From an uncultured Acidobacteriota bacterium (lineage in GTDB: Bacteria > Actinomycetota > Acidimicrobiia > Spongiisociales > ZC4RG35): a stretch of 64,000 bases of DNA. This document shows positions 49,990 to 60,165 of this stretch, piece by piece (within the stretch, counting starts at the first letter, position 1; each line of letters starts with the position of its first letter). The DNA is taken from positions 128,379 to 192,378 of the forward strand of contig CAWGJI010000003.1 in the NCBI GenBank assembly GCA_963822895.1, read 5' to 3'. The position numbers were made by a program, and so were the translations under genes. Under the pieces are notes generated by a model that did no database searches, was not told the origin of the DNA, and saw nothing but the letters and a program-made list of their open reading frames with translations.

Positions 49990-50783
49990 TGGTTCGTCGC
50001 TCGAGACTCTGGATTCGACCCCTGGTCCTGACGCTTGCGGCCTTGGTCGCTCTCTCGGCGTGTGGGAGACGTTCCGACTCGGGGGCGTCGCTCGACGGCG
50101 ACTACCGGATGACGTCCGGTGTGGCGGATGGAGAGAGCATCCCACTCCAGGAGGATCATCCCGTCACCCTCACCATCGACGGGGACCACGTCGAGGGCAC
50201 TGCGGCCTGCAACGAGTACGGGGGAACAATCGTGGTGGAGGGCGACCATGTCACCATATCTGACCTGGCCACGACGGAAATGGCCTGTTTTCCCGAGGAG
50301 TCGATGGTCACCGGTCGGATGTTCCTCGCAGCCCTGACCGCCGTGGACACCCTCGAGTCGGACGAGGGCTCGCTGACCCTCATCGGACCAGAAATCCAAC
50401 TTGATCTCCAGCGACAGCCGACCACCCCGACCTCCGGGCTCAATGGGACGGTGTGGGTACTCGACAGTCTGGTGGACGGCGATACCGTTTCCTCCGTCGC
50501 CGGAGCCCGGGCAACGCTGGAGATGTACACGGATGGCTCGATGCTCGGCTCCACCGGTTGTCGCAGCTTTCACGGTGGGTATTCGTTGGACGGCTCCCAG
50601 GTCACGATCAGCGACTTCAAGGCCGAAGGGACATGCGACGCCGTGTCCCGCGACCCCGTGTTACAGCAGGACACCCAGATTGCACAGGTGCTGGGCCACG
50701 ACTTCTCCTATCGGATCGAGGGGAAGACTCTGACCCTCATGTCTCCCGGCGTCTGGGGTCTGATGTACCAGGCGGAGAGCTGA
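49990..50783 (+). CDS. lipoprotein with tandem META (HslJ-like, DUF306) domains
   Basis: GTG start just after menA stop; lipobox LSAC; two repeats of ...DGxY...G...ACNxYGG... / ...TGCRSFHGGYSLDG... META-domain pattern. Confidence 0.6.
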
Positions 50784-50813
50784 ACCGAGGGAGTCCCTCC
50801 GCTCATCCCCCGC

Positions 50814-51578
50814 TCACGCGTCAGAGCTGAACCGCGCGACTCGCACTATGCGCTCAGATAGGAGGTCTGGCTTCTCCATGGGGAGGAAGTGGCCGGTGTC
50901 CTCCACGATCTCGAATCCGCCAAGTGGGAGCCGTTCCGTCTGAGCCCGCACCAGGTCGGGTGTGACGGTGTCGGAGCGGTCGCCGGCCATGATGAGGACC
51001 GGGATCGTCACCTCGTGGAGCCGCTCGAAGGTGTCGTGGGCGTTCGATGCTCGATAGATGTCTGCCTCGACGTCGGGTGTGCAGGCCAGGTGGACAGGGC
51101 CGTCACCGACGAGACCACACTCCACATAACCCTCGAGAGCACTTGGATGCCAGTTGGAGAAAGCCTCTCTGGAAGAGAAGTTGGCCAGGGCCTCCCCCCG
51201 GCTGTCGAACGAGCGCTTCCTTCGAGTGGCGATCTCACTGAGAGGATGATCGATCCGGGCATGGGGTCCGGGAAAGATGATCGGCTCGATCAGTACCAAG
51301 GCCCTGAATCTCGACGGATCGGCCAGCTGAGCCATGACCAGGGCAGCCCCACCCATTGAGTGCCCGACACCGACCCCACCCGGCTTGGTCTCGTCGAGGA
51401 CCTGGCCCCCGAAAACAGACCAGTCGACGGGAAGGTCGATGTCCGGGCCCGCACCGTGCCCGGCGAAGTCCCACACGACGCTTTCGAGCTCACCCAGCGA
51501 ACTGACCACTGGCCGCCAGACCGACCCGCAGAAACTGGTGGCATGAGCGAGATAGACCTTAAAAGGCAGTGATTTCAA
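50814..51578 (-). CDS. alpha/beta-fold hydrolase
   Basis: GHSMGGAAL nucleophile elbow, C-terminal GHFLPMEKP. Start uncertain: TTG at 51578 with upstream G-rich RBS, or ATG at 51719 giving a 47-aa Gly/Arg-rich extension. Confidence 0.65.
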   Translation of the reverse strand: MKSLPFKVYLAHATSFCGSVWRPVVSSLGELESVVWDFAGHGAGPDIDLPVDWSVFGGQVLDETKPGGVGVGHSMGGAALVMAQLADPSRFRALVLIEPIIFPGPHARIDHPLSEIATRRKRSFDSRGEALANFSSREAFSNWHPSALEGYVECGLVGDGPVHLACTPDVEADIYRASNAHDTFERLHEVTIPVLIMAGDRSDTVTPDLVRAQTERLPLGGFEIVEDTGHFLPMEKPDLLSERIVRVARFSSDA

Positions 51579-51807
51579 GGGGGGACGACCCCCCTTGTAT
51601 CCCCCCGCTCGACCGCCGCCAACGCGGCAGACCTGAACTGGGCGAGAAACTCTGGACTCACCGGCATGCCCGGAGCCTAAAGCGGATTCGATACGCACCC
51701 GTCTGACCGGCGAGCCCAAAGACCGGGCGATGTTTCGCCGTTCCTGGTGTTAGCCGGGAGATCACCCGGGTAAGTTCACTATGTAGGAGATCTAGGAGAG
51801 AAGAGTC

Positions 51808-54429
51808 TTGCCGCACTTATACGACTTCTCGGAATCAGATGGGACCGACAAGGACCTGTTGGGTGGGAAAGGAGCCGGTCTCGCTCGCATGACCGGCCTC
51901 GGGCTTCCCGTCCCTCCGGGATTCACCATCACCACGGAGGTTTGCCGATCGGCAATGGAGAACGGGTCCCTTCCGGATGATCTCTGGGATGAAGTCGCCT
52001 CCGCCGTGGATCGTCTCGAGAAGGAGACGGGACGGGCCTTTGGGTCGGGACCGGTGCCTCTGCTGCTCTCGGTCCGATCCGGAGCGAAGATCTCGATGCC
52101 GGGGATGATGGACACGGTCCTCAACCTGGGCATCAACGACACCGTCACCAAGGCACTCACCGAGTGGTCCGGCGACCCCCACTTCGCCTGGGATGCCCAT
52201 CGCAGATTTGTCCAGATGTACGCCAACGTGGTGCTGGCGATCGACGAGCACCGATTCCAGGAGGTCCTCGGCGATCTCAGGTCCAAGAGGGGTACTACGG
52301 ACGACTCGAAATTGACCACCGAGGATCTCGAAGAGGCAACCCGGCGCTTCAGGGAGATCGTCGAGAAGGAAAGGCCCGGGATGCTCCCCGACGAGCCGAT
52401 GGCCCAGTTGAAGGGGGCGATCACCGCAGTCTTCGAATCCTGGAACACGAAACGCGCCGTCGAATACCGTCGCATCAACCGCATACCCGATGACCTCGGG
52501 ACTGCCGCCAACGTGCAGATGATGGTCTTCGGGGATCTCGGAGAGGACTCGGGGACCGGTGTCTGCTTCACACGCGACCCTTCCACCGGAGCGAGAGATC
52601 CCTATGGGGACTATCTCCCTCGGGCCCAAGGGGAAGATGTCGTGGCGGGAATCCGAAACACGATGACCCTGGACGAGCTCGGTGAGATCCACCCCGATTG
52701 CCATCAGCAGCTGCTCGGCATCATGGACGGGCTGGAACAGCACTACCGGGACATGTGCGACATCGAGTTCACCATCGAGAAGGGTGTCCTCTACATCCTC
52801 CAGACCAGGGCGGGGAAGCGCTCCGCAGCGTCGGCGGTGCGGCTCGCCGTGGCAATGGTCAAGGAGGGCCTGATCGACGAGAAGATCGCATTGACCCGAG
52901 TCGAACCGGCCGCTTTGGAGCAATTGCATCGTCCCCGCGTGGCCGACCACGTTGAGCTGTCGTCGGCAATCGGGCGCGGTGTCGCCGCCTCTCCCGGGGC
53001 GGCGACCGGGACCGTCGTCTTCGACTCCGAGACGGCGGTAGCCAAGGCACGCGATGGAGAGGACGTCATCCTGGTCCGCCCTGAGACCACGCCGGACGAC
53101 ATCCACGGCATGGCGGCCTCGATGGGGATCCTCACTAGCCAGGGTGGGAAGACCTCGCATGCGGCGGTGGTCGCCCGGGGGATGGGCAAGCCGGCAGTGA
53201 CCGGGGTGGCCGACCTCCTGGTCGACGTCGAGGCGGGGATTGCACACGCATCCGACCACGATCTCCGAGAAGGCGACTTGATCACCATCGACGGGACGAC
53301 CGGTGCGGTGTATGCGGGCACCGTCGACGTGGTCAACCCGGAGGAGCTCCCGGAGTTGCATGAGCTGCTGCAATGGGCTGATCAGTTCAGGCGTCTCGGG
53401 ATCAGGGCCAATGCCGACACCGCCGAAGATGCCACACTCGCCCGTCACCGGGGAGCGGAGGGCATCGGGCTGGCCCGGACCGAGCACATGTTCCTCGGTG
53501 AGCGTCTGGAGATCGTCCAACGGGTGATTTTGTCCACCGACCCCGAGCAGCGAGCCAAGGCGCTAGACGACTTGGAGCGACAGCAGATCGGCGACTTCGA
53601 GTCGCTGCTCGAGGCAATGGACGGACTGCCTGTGGTGATCCGGCTCCTCGACCCCCCGCTCCATGAGTTCCTTCCCTCCCGTCTCGAGCTCGAGCACCAG
53701 ATGTTGAGACGGGTCCGTGCCGGCAGACCCATCGACGACCTCCAATCGATGTCTGATCAGGTGGCCCGGTGGGAGGAGGACAACCCGATGCTCGGGCTGC
53801 GTGGAGTCCGGCTCGGGCTCATGCTCAAAGATCTCTACCGAATGCAGGCCCGGGCGGCCACCACCGCTTTGACGCGAAGGATTCAGGCCGGGGGCAACCC
53901 CCATCTCGAGATCATGATCCCCCTGGTCGCCACGGCCGAAGAGCTGTTGCGGATGCGTCGAGTGATAGAACAGGAGATCGTCGAATCCGTAGCAGGGTCC
54001 GGTGTCGACCTCGACATCGAGATAGGCACCATGATCGAGCTTCCGCGTGCGGCCCTGACCGCCGGGGAGATCGCTAAGGTCGCCGACTTCTTCTCCTTCG
54101 GGACGAATGACCTCACCCAGATGACCTACGGGCTCAGCCGTGACGATGCCGAGGGCCTCTTTCTCCGGGACTATCTGGAGCAGGGCATCTTGACCTCCGA
54201 CCCGTTCCAGACCATCGACATCGCCGGCGTCGGACGTCTGGTGCGCGTGGCCTCACGTGAGGGCAAGGAGGCAAACCCCGGCCTCACCCTCGGGTTGTGC
54301 GGCGAGCACGGTGGCGATCCCGAAACGATCGCCTTCGTCGATGGGCTCGGCCTCGACTACGTATCGTGCAGCCCGCCGAGAATCGAGGGAGCCCGGCTGG
54401 CGGCGGCGCAGGCGGCCCTGGCCGGCTGA
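51808..54429 (+). CDS. ppdK: pyruvate, phosphate dikinase
   Basis: Full-length PPDK: N-terminal GGKGAGLARM ATP-grasp, central phospho-His GGKTSHAAVVARGMG, C-terminal PEP-utilising TIM barrel GLCGE. Confidence 0.92.
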   Translation: MPHLYDFSESDGTDKDLLGGKGAGLARMTGLGLPVPPGFTITTEVCRSAMENGSLPDDLWDEVASAVDRLEKETGRAFGSGPVPLLLSVRSGAKISMPGMMDTVLNLGINDTVTKALTEWSGDPHFAWDAHRRFVQMYANVVLAIDEHRFQEVLGDLRSKRGTTDDSKLTTEDLEEATRRFREIVEKERPGMLPDEPMAQLKGAITAVFESWNTKRAVEYRRINRIPDDLGTAANVQMMVFGDLGEDSGTGVCFTRDPSTGARDPYGDYLPRAQGEDVVAGIRNTMTLDELGEIHPDCHQQLLGIMDGLEQHYRDMCDIEFTIEKGVLYILQTRAGKRSAASAVRLAVAMVKEGLIDEKIALTRVEPAALEQLHRPRVADHVELSSAIGRGVAASPGAATGTVVFDSETAVAKARDGEDVILVRPETTPDDIHGMAASMGILTSQGGKTSHAAVVARGMGKPAVTGVADLLVDVEAGIAHASDHDLREGDLITIDGTTGAVYAGTVDVVNPEELPELHELLQWADQFRRLGIRANADTAEDATLARHRGAEGIGLARTEHMFLGERLEIVQRVILSTDPEQRAKALDDLERQQIGDFESLLEAMDGLPVVIRLLDPPLHEFLPSRLELEHQMLRRVRAGRPIDDLQSMSDQVARWEEDNPMLGLRGVRLGLMLKDLYRMQARAATTALTRRIQAGGNPHLEIMIPLVATAEELLRMRRVIEQEIVESVAGSGVDLDIEIGTMIELPRAALTAGEIAKVADFFSFGTNDLTQMTYGLSRDDAEGLFLRDYLEQGILTSDPFQTIDIAGVGRLVRVASREGKEANPGLTLGLCGEHGGDPETIAFVDGLGLDYVSCSPPRIEGARLAAAQAALAG

Positions 54430-55140
54430 TCAAACGACCGCATCAACCAGGTCGGCGACACCTTCACCGCTGGTGGCGGTCGTGACCAGGATCGGGGCCT
54501 TTCCCGCGGCCACCGTCTCGGCGAGAGCCCGTTTGACGACATCCACTCCGGGACGATCCCCTTTGTTGATGACGAACACATCCGTGATCTCGGTCACGCC
54601 GGCTTTGTCCGCCTGTATCTGGTCACCCCAACCAGGTGCGAGCACCAGGACCACCTGATCGACCAAGTCCATCACCTCGACCTCGGACTGTCCCACCCCG
54701 ACGGTCTCCACCAGGACCAGGTCGAAACCGGCCCTGGAAAGAAGGCCTATCACGGGTGCGGCTGATTCGGCGAGGCCGCCCAGGTGGCCACGGCTCGCCA
54801 TGGAACGCACATAAACGCCGGGATCATCCACGTGGTCCTGCATCCGTATCCGATCTCCGAGGAGGGCGCCGCCCGTAACAGGACTGCTGGGGTCGACGGC
54901 GAGCACGGCCACCGAGAGCCCGCGCGAGCGCAACCTGGAGATCATCGCGCCTACCAATGTGGACTTGCCGGCGCCCGGGGGCCCGGTGATGCCGACCCGT
55001 CGGGCCGGCTGGATGGTCTCGGGAATCTCGGAGAGCCAGGGCCCGACGGCAGGGTCGCGGTCCTCGATCATCGTGATGAGCCGAGCCAGGGCGCGTCGGT
55101 CCCCCGACAGGGCGCGCTCAACGATCTCGGACCCACTCAT
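54430..55140 (-). CDS. meaB: methylmalonyl-CoA mutase-associated G-protein MeaB/ArgK (short form)
   Basis: GITGPPGAGKSTL P-loop, VETVGVGQSE, NKGD; ends directly after the G domain, abutting the ppdK stop. Confidence 0.72.
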   Translation of the reverse strand: MSGSEIVERALSGDRRALARLITMIEDRDPAVGPWLSEIPETIQPARRVGITGPPGAGKSTLVGAMISRLRSRGLSVAVLAVDPSSPVTGGALLGDRIRMQDHVDDPGVYVRSMASRGHLGGLAESAAPVIGLLSRAGFDLVLVETVGVGQSEVEVMDLVDQVVLVLAPGWGDQIQADKAGVTEITDVFVINKGDRPGVDVVKRALAETVAAGKAPILVTTATSGEGVADLVDAVV

Positions 55141-55171
55141 GTGGACAGGTTAGAAAGGGACCGAGCCCCGC

Positions 55172-55507
55172 TCAGAGGACCGGAAGCTCTATCCCACCGG
55201 GGATCGCGGTGTCATCCATGCCTGGTGCGTCCGCACTGGCATTGACTTCCTCAACACCAGGCACTCGATCCTTGAGGATTCGCTCGATTCCGGCCTTCAA
55301 AGTCATCATCGACAGAGGGCATCCCCCGCAGGCTCCGACCATCTGGATGTTGACCGTGTTCCCCTCGGTCCCCAGCAAGACGAGATCGCCCCCGTCCGCC
55401 TGCACGGCCGGTCGGATGTATTCCAGGGTCTCCCGGAGCTTTGCTTCGTCTATGTCTGTGTCAGTCACCACGCTGCTGGCAATGGTGACCGGTGTTGTCT
55501 CTGGCAT
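55172..55507 (-). CDS. NifU-like (Nfu) Fe-S cluster assembly protein
   Basis: GACGGCPLS CxxC motif in Nfu C-terminal domain context. Confidence 0.75.
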   Translation of the reverse strand: MPETTPVTIASSVVTDTDIDEAKLRETLEYIRPAVQADGGDLVLLGTEGNTVNIQMVGACGGCPLSMMTLKAGIERILKDRVPGVEEVNASADAPGMDDTAIPGGIELPVL

Positions 55508-55582
55508 CTGCTTTGAAAACCCTCGTGATGGCGTGGATGTTCCGAATTCTACGTGATCAGGTGATTACGGCCGAATGAGCGG

Positions 55583-56833
55583 CTACTGGCCCTCGACACG
55601 GGCACCGAGGGCGGAAAGACGGCCGGAGAAGTCCTCATAACCCCTGTCGATGTGCTCGGCATGACTGACCTCGGTAGTGCCCTCGGCGCGAAGCCCGGCC
55701 AGGACCAGGGCGGCGCCGGCCCGGATGTCCGGGGCCAGGACCGGGCATCCCGAGAGTCGATCGACACCACGGATGATGGCATGCTGCGCCTCGGTCGAGA
55801 TGTCCGCCCCCATGCGGGCCAGCTCCCCGATATATCGGAAGCGGGCGTCGTAGAGGTTCTCGGTGATCACCGACGTGCCATTGGCTACCGAGAGCAGGGC
55901 CACCATCTGCGGGTGCATGTCGGTGTGGAATCCCGGGAACGGCAGTGTGGCGAAGTCGACCGGTGCGGGTCTTTCGGGACCGCGAACCCTGAGCCAGCCC
56001 TCGCCACGATCCACCTCGCAACCGGTCTGCTCCAATTTCGCCAACTCCATTCGCAAATGCTCGGTGACACAACCGGTCACCGTCACGTCACCGGCAGTGA
56101 TCGCGGCTGCGGCGGCGAAGGTGCCCGCTTCCAGGCGGTCCGGCAAGACCTGATGTTGGACGGGCTCGAGGCGATCCACCCCCTCAATGGTGATCAAGGA
56201 GCTTCCCGCACCGGTGATCACCGCCCCCATCTCTGTCAGCTGTTTGACCAGATCCTGTATCTCCGGCTCACGTGCGGCATTGACGATCACGGTCTCGCCT
56301 TCGGCCAGCACCCCGGCAAAGAGCAGATTCTCGGTGGCTCCGACCGACGGGAACGGAAGCTCCACCTCGGTCCCCTTGAATCGCCCGTCCACCCGGCCGA
56401 CCAGCTCACCGTGCACCAGATCGAACTCGGCGCCCATGGCCTCGAGGCCATGGAGATGGAAGTCGATGGGCCGGGCCCCGAGGTCGTCGCCGCCGGGAAG
56501 TGCCACCCTCGCCTCGCCGCACCTGGCGAGTAGCGGCCCCAGCACCACGATCGACGCCCTCATCTGACGCACCAGCTCGATGGGCGCCACGGGGTCGAGC
56601 TCGTCGGGCACCACCAGCCAGATCTCGTGATCGACCCGTTCCACATGACAGCCCATGTGCTCGAGGACACGGCACATCAGATCCACATCGAGGATCGAGG
56701 GCACATTGCTGAGACTGTGGCGACCCGGTGCCAGCAATGCCGACACCATTTCCTTGAGGACGGCGTTCTTGGCCCCGAGAACACCGACCGTCCCCTGCAG
56801 CCGCGCTCCTCCCTCGACGATGAGCTTGGACAT
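55583..56833 (-). CDS. murA: UDP-N-acetylglucosamine 1-carboxyvinyltransferase
   Basis: MSKLIVEGGARLQGTV N-terminus, active-site loop region, full EPSP-synthase-like fold length. Confidence 0.9.
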   Translation of the reverse strand: MSKLIVEGGARLQGTVGVLGAKNAVLKEMVSALLAPGRHSLSNVPSILDVDLMCRVLEHMGCHVERVDHEIWLVVPDELDPVAPIELVRQMRASIVVLGPLLARCGEARVALPGGDDLGARPIDFHLHGLEAMGAEFDLVHGELVGRVDGRFKGTEVELPFPSVGATENLLFAGVLAEGETVIVNAAREPEIQDLVKQLTEMGAVITGAGSSLITIEGVDRLEPVQHQVLPDRLEAGTFAAAAAITAGDVTVTGCVTEHLRMELAKLEQTGCEVDRGEGWLRVRGPERPAPVDFATLPFPGFHTDMHPQMVALLSVANGTSVITENLYDARFRYIGELARMGADISTEAQHAIIRGVDRLSGCPVLAPDIRAGAALVLAGLRAEGTTEVSHAEHIDRGYEDFSGRLSALGARVEGQ

Positions 56834-56928
56834 CCAGGCGAATGTAGTGAGGCCCCGGCCCAACGCCGTGTCTCTACCGGGGCCTTCAACTGCGTGTCAC
56901 CAGGCTGCACAGCTACCCTGCCCGCCAG

Positions 56929-57369
56929 ATGAGAATCGCACTCGGAGCAGATCATGCCGGCTTTCCCCTCAAGGAGCACCTCTCCAGCTGGCTCGCCGAG
57001 GCGGGTCATGCCGTCTACGACCTGGGGACCCATTCCACCGACCCGGTCGACTACCCCGACTACGCCGCCGCAGTGGCACAGGCGGTACTCGACGGCCGCG
57101 CCGACCGCGGCATCGTGGTCTGCGGATCCGGGGCAGGCGCCGGAATCGCCGCCAACAAGCTCAACGGGATCCGGGCGTCAGTGGCGCACGACACTTACAC
57201 GGCGCATCAAATGGTCGAGCACGACGATGTCAACATCCTCTGTCTCGGTTCGAGAGTGATTGGCAATGCCCTGGCCGAAGAGCTGGTAACGGTGTTTCTC
57301 GAGGCGCGCTTCACCCGCGAGGAGCGTCACGTGAGACGTCTGGAGAAGATCCGGTCCTTCGAGAGCTGA
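56929..57369 (+). CDS. rpiB: ribose-5-phosphate isomerase B
   Basis: [12 protein letters not shown]..., [15 protein letters not shown], ~146 aa. Confidence 0.9.
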   Translation: MRIALGADHAGFPLKEHLSSWLAEAGHAVYDLGTHSTDPVDYPDYAAAVAQAVLDGRADRGIVVCGSGAGAGIAANKLNGIRASVAHDTYTAHQMVEHDDVNILCLGSRVIGNALAEELVTVFLEARFTREERHVRRLEKIRSFES

Positions 57370-57370
57370 G

Positions 57371-58027
57371 TCAGGGGCCGATGCTGGCCTGGGCGATGGC
57401 GGCGAGTGCATTCAGCCCGTCCACCGGAATCTCACCGGACACCCGCTGAAGATTCTGGTTGTTCCCGTCGAGTACCACCCAGAATGGGGTTCCTGCCATC
57501 CCGAAGCTCCCGGCCACGGTCCCGGAGGCATCGTCCATGATCACCGGCGCCGTCCATCCCTCACGCTCCAGCCAATCCTGAGGCGGCCAGTTTGGCCGCA
57601 AAGGATCGGTCGAAGTGGCGACCGAGATCAACTCCACGTTGTCAGGGAGGTTGCCGGCGTCCACCCAACTCTGGACGACCGGGACCTCGGCCTGGCAATG
57701 AGGGCACCAGTGGGCGAGGAAGATCACGATCTTTGGGGTTCCGTCAGGCTCGATCGAAACCGGGTTCCCATTCCAATCTGCCCCGATCGCAGTCGGCGCC
57801 GGCAGACCGATGGCCGGGTCGGCCGCTGCAGAGTTGTAGACGGGCAGGGCGTTCCCGGAGACGCTCGGGGTTCCATAACCGACGCTCTCGTCCAGTGGCT
57901 GCTCGCCTGCGATCGATATGGCCAGCGCCACGATCGCGGCCAGGCCGACGACACCGCCGAGGATCCACCAAAGCGTCGAATACGACCGCTTCGCCGGCCC
58001 GACTCCTGACTTTGCTCGTTGTGTCAT
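57371..58027 (-). CDS. membrane-anchored TlpA-like thioredoxin (WCPHC)
   Basis: N-terminal TM, FLAHWCPHCQAEVP CxxC thioredoxin motif; 4-bp overlap with DsbB-like gene. Confidence 0.75.
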   Translation of the reverse strand: MTQRAKSGVGPAKRSYSTLWWILGGVVGLAAIVALAISIAGEQPLDESVGYGTPSVSGNALPVYNSAAADPAIGLPAPTAIGADWNGNPVSIEPDGTPKIVIFLAHWCPHCQAEVPVVQSWVDAGNLPDNVELISVATSTDPLRPNWPPQDWLEREGWTAPVIMDDASGTVAGSFGMAGTPFWVVLDGNNQNLQRVSGEIPVDGLNALAAIAQASIGP

Positions 58028-58551
58028 CTCTCAGTTTTCGTGTAGAGGGCGAGTAGGACGGAGATCACGATAAACCCGGCGCCGGCCATAAACGGTATGG
58101 AGATGAACCCGAACACCTCGACATACCGGGCCGAACAAGGCACCGTCCCACAGGAACCACCGCCCTCGAGAGCAGGTAAAGCCTGGATCAAATAGTGCCA
58201 AATGGATATGGCCAGACCACCGAGGGCAAGGGGGAGGGCGTAGAACTTGACCTGTCTGTCCCTTCGGATCGCCCCGACCAACAGGATGATCGCCATCGGG
58301 TACATGGCGATCCGCTGAAACCAGCAAAGGCGGCAGGGCTCGAACCCGATCACCTCCGAATAGAACAGGGAGCCCGCCGTCGAGACGAGTGCCACGAGCC
58401 ATGCCAGCCAGATCGCCCGATCCCCGAGAAGGTGAGTCGCGTCTCGGCCCCTCACCAGACGGTATACGAGCAACCCGATCGCAGCCACGAGGGCGACGAG
58501 CGAAAGAATGGCAACCAGGGCGTTGTACTGCCGAATGGCCTGTGATGACAT
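58024..58551 (-). CDS. disulfide bond formation protein B (BdbC/DsbB family)
   Basis: 4 TM helices with two Cys pairs (CRLCW and SCGTVPC) characteristic of actinobacterial/Bacillus-type DsbB; start at Met 58551. Confidence 0.7.
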   Translation of the reverse strand: MSSQAIRQYNALVAILSLVALVAAIGLLVYRLVRGRDATHLLGDRAIWLAWLVALVSTAGSLFYSEVIGFEPCRLCWFQRIAMYPMAIILLVGAIRRDRQVKFYALPLALGGLAISIWHYLIQALPALEGGGSCGTVPCSARYVEVFGFISIPFMAGAGFIVISVLLALYTKTER

Positions 58552-58563
58552 CCGCTTCCTCCG

Positions 58564-58609
58564 TAGTCCCGACCGGATTCGAACCGGCGTTTCCGGCTTG
58601 AAAGGCCGG
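58564..58609 (-). other. tRNA-like 3' fragment (anticodon-arm plus T-arm remnant, UUC/Glu-like), possible integration-site scar
   Basis: Minus strand reads ccggc-CTTTCAA-gccgg aaac gccgg-TTCGAAT-ccggt cgggact-a: a canonical T-loop GGTTCGAATCC and a TTC anticodon stem-loop. No matching D-arm or 5' acceptor strand, so not an intact tRNA. Confidence 0.3.
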
Positions 58610-59289
58610 CCCAGGACGAAACGAAGCCTAACGACGATCAACGCCAATAGCCGAGAAATAGCGGTTGACCACGGCATATGCAAAGAGATGAGTTATCGCT
58701 ACTTCGCGGCGGCTTGCGTCGATTTCCACTCCCATGCGGCCCAGGAGCGGCCCAGCGGCCCAGCGGCCCAAGGGCCAGATTCCGTTTGCCGAGCGACGAC
58801 TTTCGCACGTTGGCAATCGTCGTAAAGGTCGCGGATCATTCCTGTTCGAAGCCCGGTGCAGCATTGGCCAAGCTTGTGAGGCCGTTAGTGAACTACTTGG
58901 AGCGCGAAATCTCTCCCTCGGTGGCTCTTGACCACGCAGTGTGGTGAACGTACAGTCCCAACATCGGGCGAGCTGGAGGATGGAGTCCTTGCAATGGTGC
59001 TCAGCTTGCCTCGAAGGCGAAGGTACTGGAGTTTCGTGCGAAGAAGCTCCTGGCATCTCGCCATCGCCTCTCGTGGTAGGAGTTGGCGATGGTGATCACT
59101 CACGCGACGCTCTTCGAAAGCGAAGTCGCTTTTCGAAGTCGGGACGAGATGCTCCACGACATTGCCGTAGCTCACATCTCGTATCGACTAGGTCGACAGG
59201 AGTTTGGCGGTGGCATCCGCGACCACGGCCAATACCAGACATTGACATCCCACGCTCCCAGGACCCCAGCGTGACTTTGGGAAAAGTAC

Positions 59290-60165
59290 ATGCCTGCGTA
59301 TGGCGGACGGATCGATTGTCAATTAGGACCCACCCCTACAACGGCACTGAAGGAGGTACCAGCAGTGGTGGCTGAGACGCTCGCATCGATTGAAGCAACT
59401 AGGAATTCCCTGGTCGTCCAGATGCTCGACGGAGGGAGCGTCTCCCTTGAGATCCCCTGGACGATAGGCCCTGCAACGGTCACGGGGACCATTCGAATGT
59501 CGTCCGGAGAGGAACGAGCTCTTCTCATGAGCTCACCGCCCACGGCCGAAGACTTAGCACGAGACCCAGTCGTCAGTACGGGCATGGAATTCGTCGAGAG
59601 CTATGGATTGAGCGGTGGCCAACTCCGACTTGGGTCGGGCGGCCAGCCTAAGTCGGCCGAACACGAAGTGTCGTATGAGCGGGCAAGCGACGGAACTGTG
59701 AGGGAAAAGCTCGTTCATATGGCTCTATGGGATGGAGACAGCTTCACTCTCCACACCTTCCAGTATGGCGGCGAAGTCGACAGCCTTCGAAGCTTCTACG
59801 AGGCGATGCGAATAGAGGAATCACCAACCGGCGTACGGGTGGCCCCCCGTACCGCCACCAACCTCGCTTTCGTGCAGGGACCGTGGACGATTGTCGACCT
59901 ACCAGGCATCGGAGCGCTTGAAATAGCACAGATGACAGCCTGGCGGCAAAAAGAGGTGCCTACATACGAGGGCACGCCTGTTGTGTCAGGGGAGCTATAT
60001 GTTTCCCGACGTGATGACGGCTCTCACCGCGCGTACTACGTCATCGTCAACGAGACAACATTCGCCACTTTCGTCCCATACCCTGGGTCAGACGAAACTA
60101 GGGTGGCGGCAGTTCTCGAGACCTCTCAGATCTTCTGGAGCCTAGGTGCTAGGGAAGCTGAATGA
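59290..60165 (+). CDS. hypothetical protein (first gene of lower-GC island)
   Basis: 291-aa ORF with A/T-richer codon third positions than the flanking core; no recognised motif. Confidence 0.4.
   Translation: MPAYGGRIDCQLGPTPTTALKEVPAVVAETLASIEATRNSLVVQMLDGGSVSLEIPWTIGPATVTGTIRMSSGEERALLMSSPPTAEDLARDPVVSTGMEFVESYGLSGGQLRLGSGGQPKSAEHEVSYERASDGTVREKLVHMALWDGDSFTLHTFQYGGEVDSLRSFYEAMRIEESPTGVRVAPRTATNLAFVQGPWTIVDLPGIGALEIAQMTAWRQKEVPTYEGTPVVSGELYVSRRDDGSHRAYYVIVNETTFATFVPYPGSDETRVAAVLETSQIFWSLGAREAE

Noticed and set aside
51835-53520. 561-aa antisense ORF inside ppdK
   Set aside because: Opposite strand of a full-length, motif-complete pyruvate phosphate dikinase; no domain signatures.
58556-58640. 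Intact tRNA gene (tRNA-Glu UUC) on the minus strand
   Set aside because: T-arm and an anticodon-like stem-loop are present. However, the expected 5' acceptor strand (agtcccg) and D-arm (cttc/gaag pairing) are absent, so only a 3' fragment is supportable.
58738-58770. Short CAGCGGCC x3 microsatellite in the island's first intergenic region
   Set aside because: Only three imperfect units; too short to call a functional repeat, noted only as a local low-complexity feature.
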